Positions 62,022 through 64,000 of a stretch of 64,000 nt of DNA are shown here, piece after piece. The stretch lies in NCBI GenBank assembly GCA_045863235.1, contig BTUM01000007.1, forward strand, positions 64,001 through 128,000. Reading direction: 5' to 3'. The DNA is from Candidatus Xenobia bacterium. GTDB lineage: Bacteria > Vulcanimicrobiota > Xenobia > Xenobiales > QWHO01. Below the pieces are notes generated by a model. That model did not search any database and was not told where the DNA came from. It was given only the letters and a program-made list of their open reading frames with translations. Position 1 is the stretch's first letter; each line of letters opens with the position of its first letter. Both the position numbers and the translations under genes were made by a program.

Positions 62022-63835
62022 CGACTCATCCAGACGCTGACCTGGAACGTGCCGATGGTCGAGCCGGATTGCTCGAGCAGATCGCGCACGAAGGTCACTC
62101 GCACTCCCCGGTTGAGGTAGATGTCGCCTGGATTCACCTGCAAGCCGGGGTTGGTGGGGTCCGGGAAGCCAGGGGGCTGGGTCCCGTCGTCGGCGGCGAT
62201 CAGCCCGCCCCGGATGTTGACCTCGTTCTCCGAGTAGAAGTAACCGTTGGTGTAGATCAGGCCGTTGAAATGGGCCGCGCCCAGCTTGTCATAGTCGAGC
62301 TGGCTCATGGTGGAGCTGATCAGGCTGTAAATCAGGGCCTGCTGAGCCGGCCCATAGGTGGAATAGGAGTCGTTGGAGCCGTCTGCCAGACCATCCGTAG
62401 ATCCGTTCGCCAGCGCAGCGTTGACGTCGTTCTGCGAGTCGCCTACGCCGGCGTGCCAGGCATACAGGCCCTTGAGCTGGTCATTGGGATCCTGCAGGTA
62501 GGTGAATTTTTCCAGCAGGAACTGCTGGGTCGGGCTGAACGGCTGGGCCTGGAGCAGGTTATTGAGCTTGACGACCGGGGCCATCTCGTTTGGGGCCACC
62601 ACGAAAGGAGGGGTCACATCGGCCGTGCCCTGGTGGCCCAGCATGTCGATGCAGAAGTCGAAGTCCGAGCCTTGAAAGCCGTAATCCGTGGGCCCGAAGT
62701 TGGCCAGAAAGGTCTGGGCCTGTTGGGTCCAGTTCTTGGTGTTGGTCCAGTGGGTGCTGTAAGGAACCCCGTTGGGGTCGTTACCGGCCGTGGCCACCAG
62801 GTTGTCGAGGTAGGTGGTGCCGTCGAAGCCACGCAGGGCCACGCTACCCTTGCTGTACACGGAGACCTGCTCGGCGTTGCTGGCGGTGATCTCGCTGTCG
62901 CCGTAGAAACTTGTGTTACCGCCCGTGAACACGCTGCCCTGGCCTTTGATCGTGCCGTTCACTGTCAGATTGCCGGCCACGTAGAGGTTGGCTCCCTGCA
63001 GGTCGAGATCGCCATTGTAGTTGAGGTTGCCCCCCACGTAGTAGTCGCCAGCCGCCAGGGTGGTCACTCCGGGAACCAGGACCGGGGCCGGAGCGGCCGA
63101 GTTGGCGCTGATGCGTCCGGTGATGTCCACGATGGGCGGAGGGGGAGAGGGCTGGTTGTTCTGGACCTGGCCCGTGACGCTGGCTCCGGCCATCTGGATG
63201 GCTGAGGGATGGGCGCTGGCCGAGAAGACGGAGCCCTTGATGGTGGCTGATTCGCCCGGGACGCCGGTCCAGACGACCTGGCCTGCGGAGTTGACACTCG
63301 AGCCCGAACGCACGTCGGCATCCACCGGAACGGGATTGCTGAGACTTTCGATGCCGTCGATCTCCACGTTGCCCCGCATGCGGATGACGCCCGAGCCGGT
63401 CAGGGAGGCCGTCGTGCTGGCCGGGCCCTGGCGCGTGACGATGACCTCGAGCACCCGGTGGGTCAGGCCCTGCTCGCCGTCCACCACCAGAAAGGCGGTG
63501 CCGGGTTGGACCGGCCCGCGAGGGCCGGGTACGGCCACCCCGCCGCCGATGTTGTTGACCGAGGCGGTCGGTGAGAAGCGGATGCTGTAGCGAGCGCCAC
63601 CCGAGGGGAGGGGCTGGTTGATGAGGTCGGTGGACCAGCCGGGAAGGGCGGTCAGGCGTGACAGAGCATCGGCCACGCCTGCTTCGGCTGCGTTGAGAGC
63701 GGCCAGGCCGCTCTGAGACTGCAGTCCAAAGAATCCCTGGGCTCGCAATCGCACCGTGAAAGCGATCAGCATCAGGGCCAGGATACCCATCATCAAGAGA
63801 GTGGTGACCAGAGCCATCGCTCGGTGGTTGCGCAT
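62018..63835 (-). CDS. PilX-like pilus assembly protein with a large beta-rich C-terminus
   Basis: HRA-MALVTTL without Glu5, and the A..AAEAG motif of PilX_N. Confidence 0.82.
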   Translation of the reverse strand: MRNHRAMALVTTLLMMGILALMLIAFTVRLRAQGFFGLQSQSGLAALNAAEAGVADALSRLTALPGWSTDLINQPLPSGGARYSIRFSPTASVNNIGGGVAVPGPRGPVQPGTAFLVVDGEQGLTHRVLEVIVTRQGPASTTASLTGSGVIRMRGNVEIDGIESLSNPVPVDADVRSGSSVNSAGQVVWTGVPGESATIKGSVFSASAHPSAIQMAGASVTGQVQNNQPSPPPPIVDITGRISANSAAPAPVLVPGVTTLAAGDYYVGGNLNYNGDLDLQGANLYVAGNLTVNGTIKGQGSVFTGGNTSFYGDSEITASNAEQVSVYSKGSVALRGFDGTTYLDNLVATAGNDPNGVPYSTHWTNTKNWTQQAQTFLANFGPTDYGFQGSDFDFCIDMLGHQGTADVTPPFVVAPNEMAPVVKLNNLLQAQPFSPTQQFLLEKFTYLQDPNDQLKGLYAWHAGVGDSQNDVNAALANGSTDGLADGSNDSYSTYGPAQQALIYSLISSTMSQLDYDKLGAAHFNGLIYTNGYFYSENEVNIRGGLIAADDGTQPPGFPDPTNPGLQVNPGDIYLNRGVRVTFVRDLLEQSGSTIGTFQVSVWMSR

Positions 63836-64000
63836 ATGTTCTTATGGTAGCACTGATTCGTGGGGTCGGCAGGTGCCGGCGCCCGGAGGGCAAAAATGCC
63901 GCCGTGGCACTCGATCTCCCCGACCTCGACCCCGATCCGCTCAGGCAGTTCCAGAGTTGGTATGCCGATTGGTGCAAAGTCTGCCCGCGCGACCCTGAGG

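Noticed and set aside
1..64000. tRNA, rRNA, integrase, transposase or prophage genes
   Set aside because: None recognised by eye; tRNAscan-SE and ISEScan would be needed to exclude them formally.

Overview
High-GC, gene-dense bacterial chromosome window with about 50 CDSs. I found no rRNA, tRNA, CRISPR array, integrase or transposase. The gene style is reminiscent of Ca. Eremiobacterota/Vulcanimicrobiota (inference only). Main blocks: (1) 5' part of a type I PKS (KS-AT), then a coupled B12-type radical SAM + thymidylate-kinase-like pair and two zinc peptidases. (2) An approx. 17 kb cell-envelope phosphonate locus (9.6-26.7 kb): PEP mutase-cytidylyltransferase fusion, second cytidylyltransferase, two LicD, Stealth, glycosyltransferases, ABC flippase, PhnY-like dioxygenase, AUR1/PAP2-like transferase, GINT1-like propeller and YghO/bCerS-like GNAT. 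This gene set suggests a phosphono-sphingolipid or phosphono-glycolipid pathway. (3) A YidD-clostripain fusion and a duplicated pair of Ig-like lipoproteins. (4) A coupled operon of beta-helix/wHTH protein + BrxD-type ATPase + Lhr/BrxHI-type helicase + DUF2185, without other BREX genes, which is a candidate defence system. (5) Pilins, a VIT-vWA operon, beta-CASP RNase, speE, DHH phosphoesterase, trmB, cupin, di-haem peroxidase, cydAB and minor pilins. Non-coding signals include 42-bp and 28-bp tandem repeats, REP-like hairpins, a candidate sRNA and a recurring AGGR-N15-17-CGAA promoter-like motif. All family calls come from motif recognition by eye; no database searches were run.
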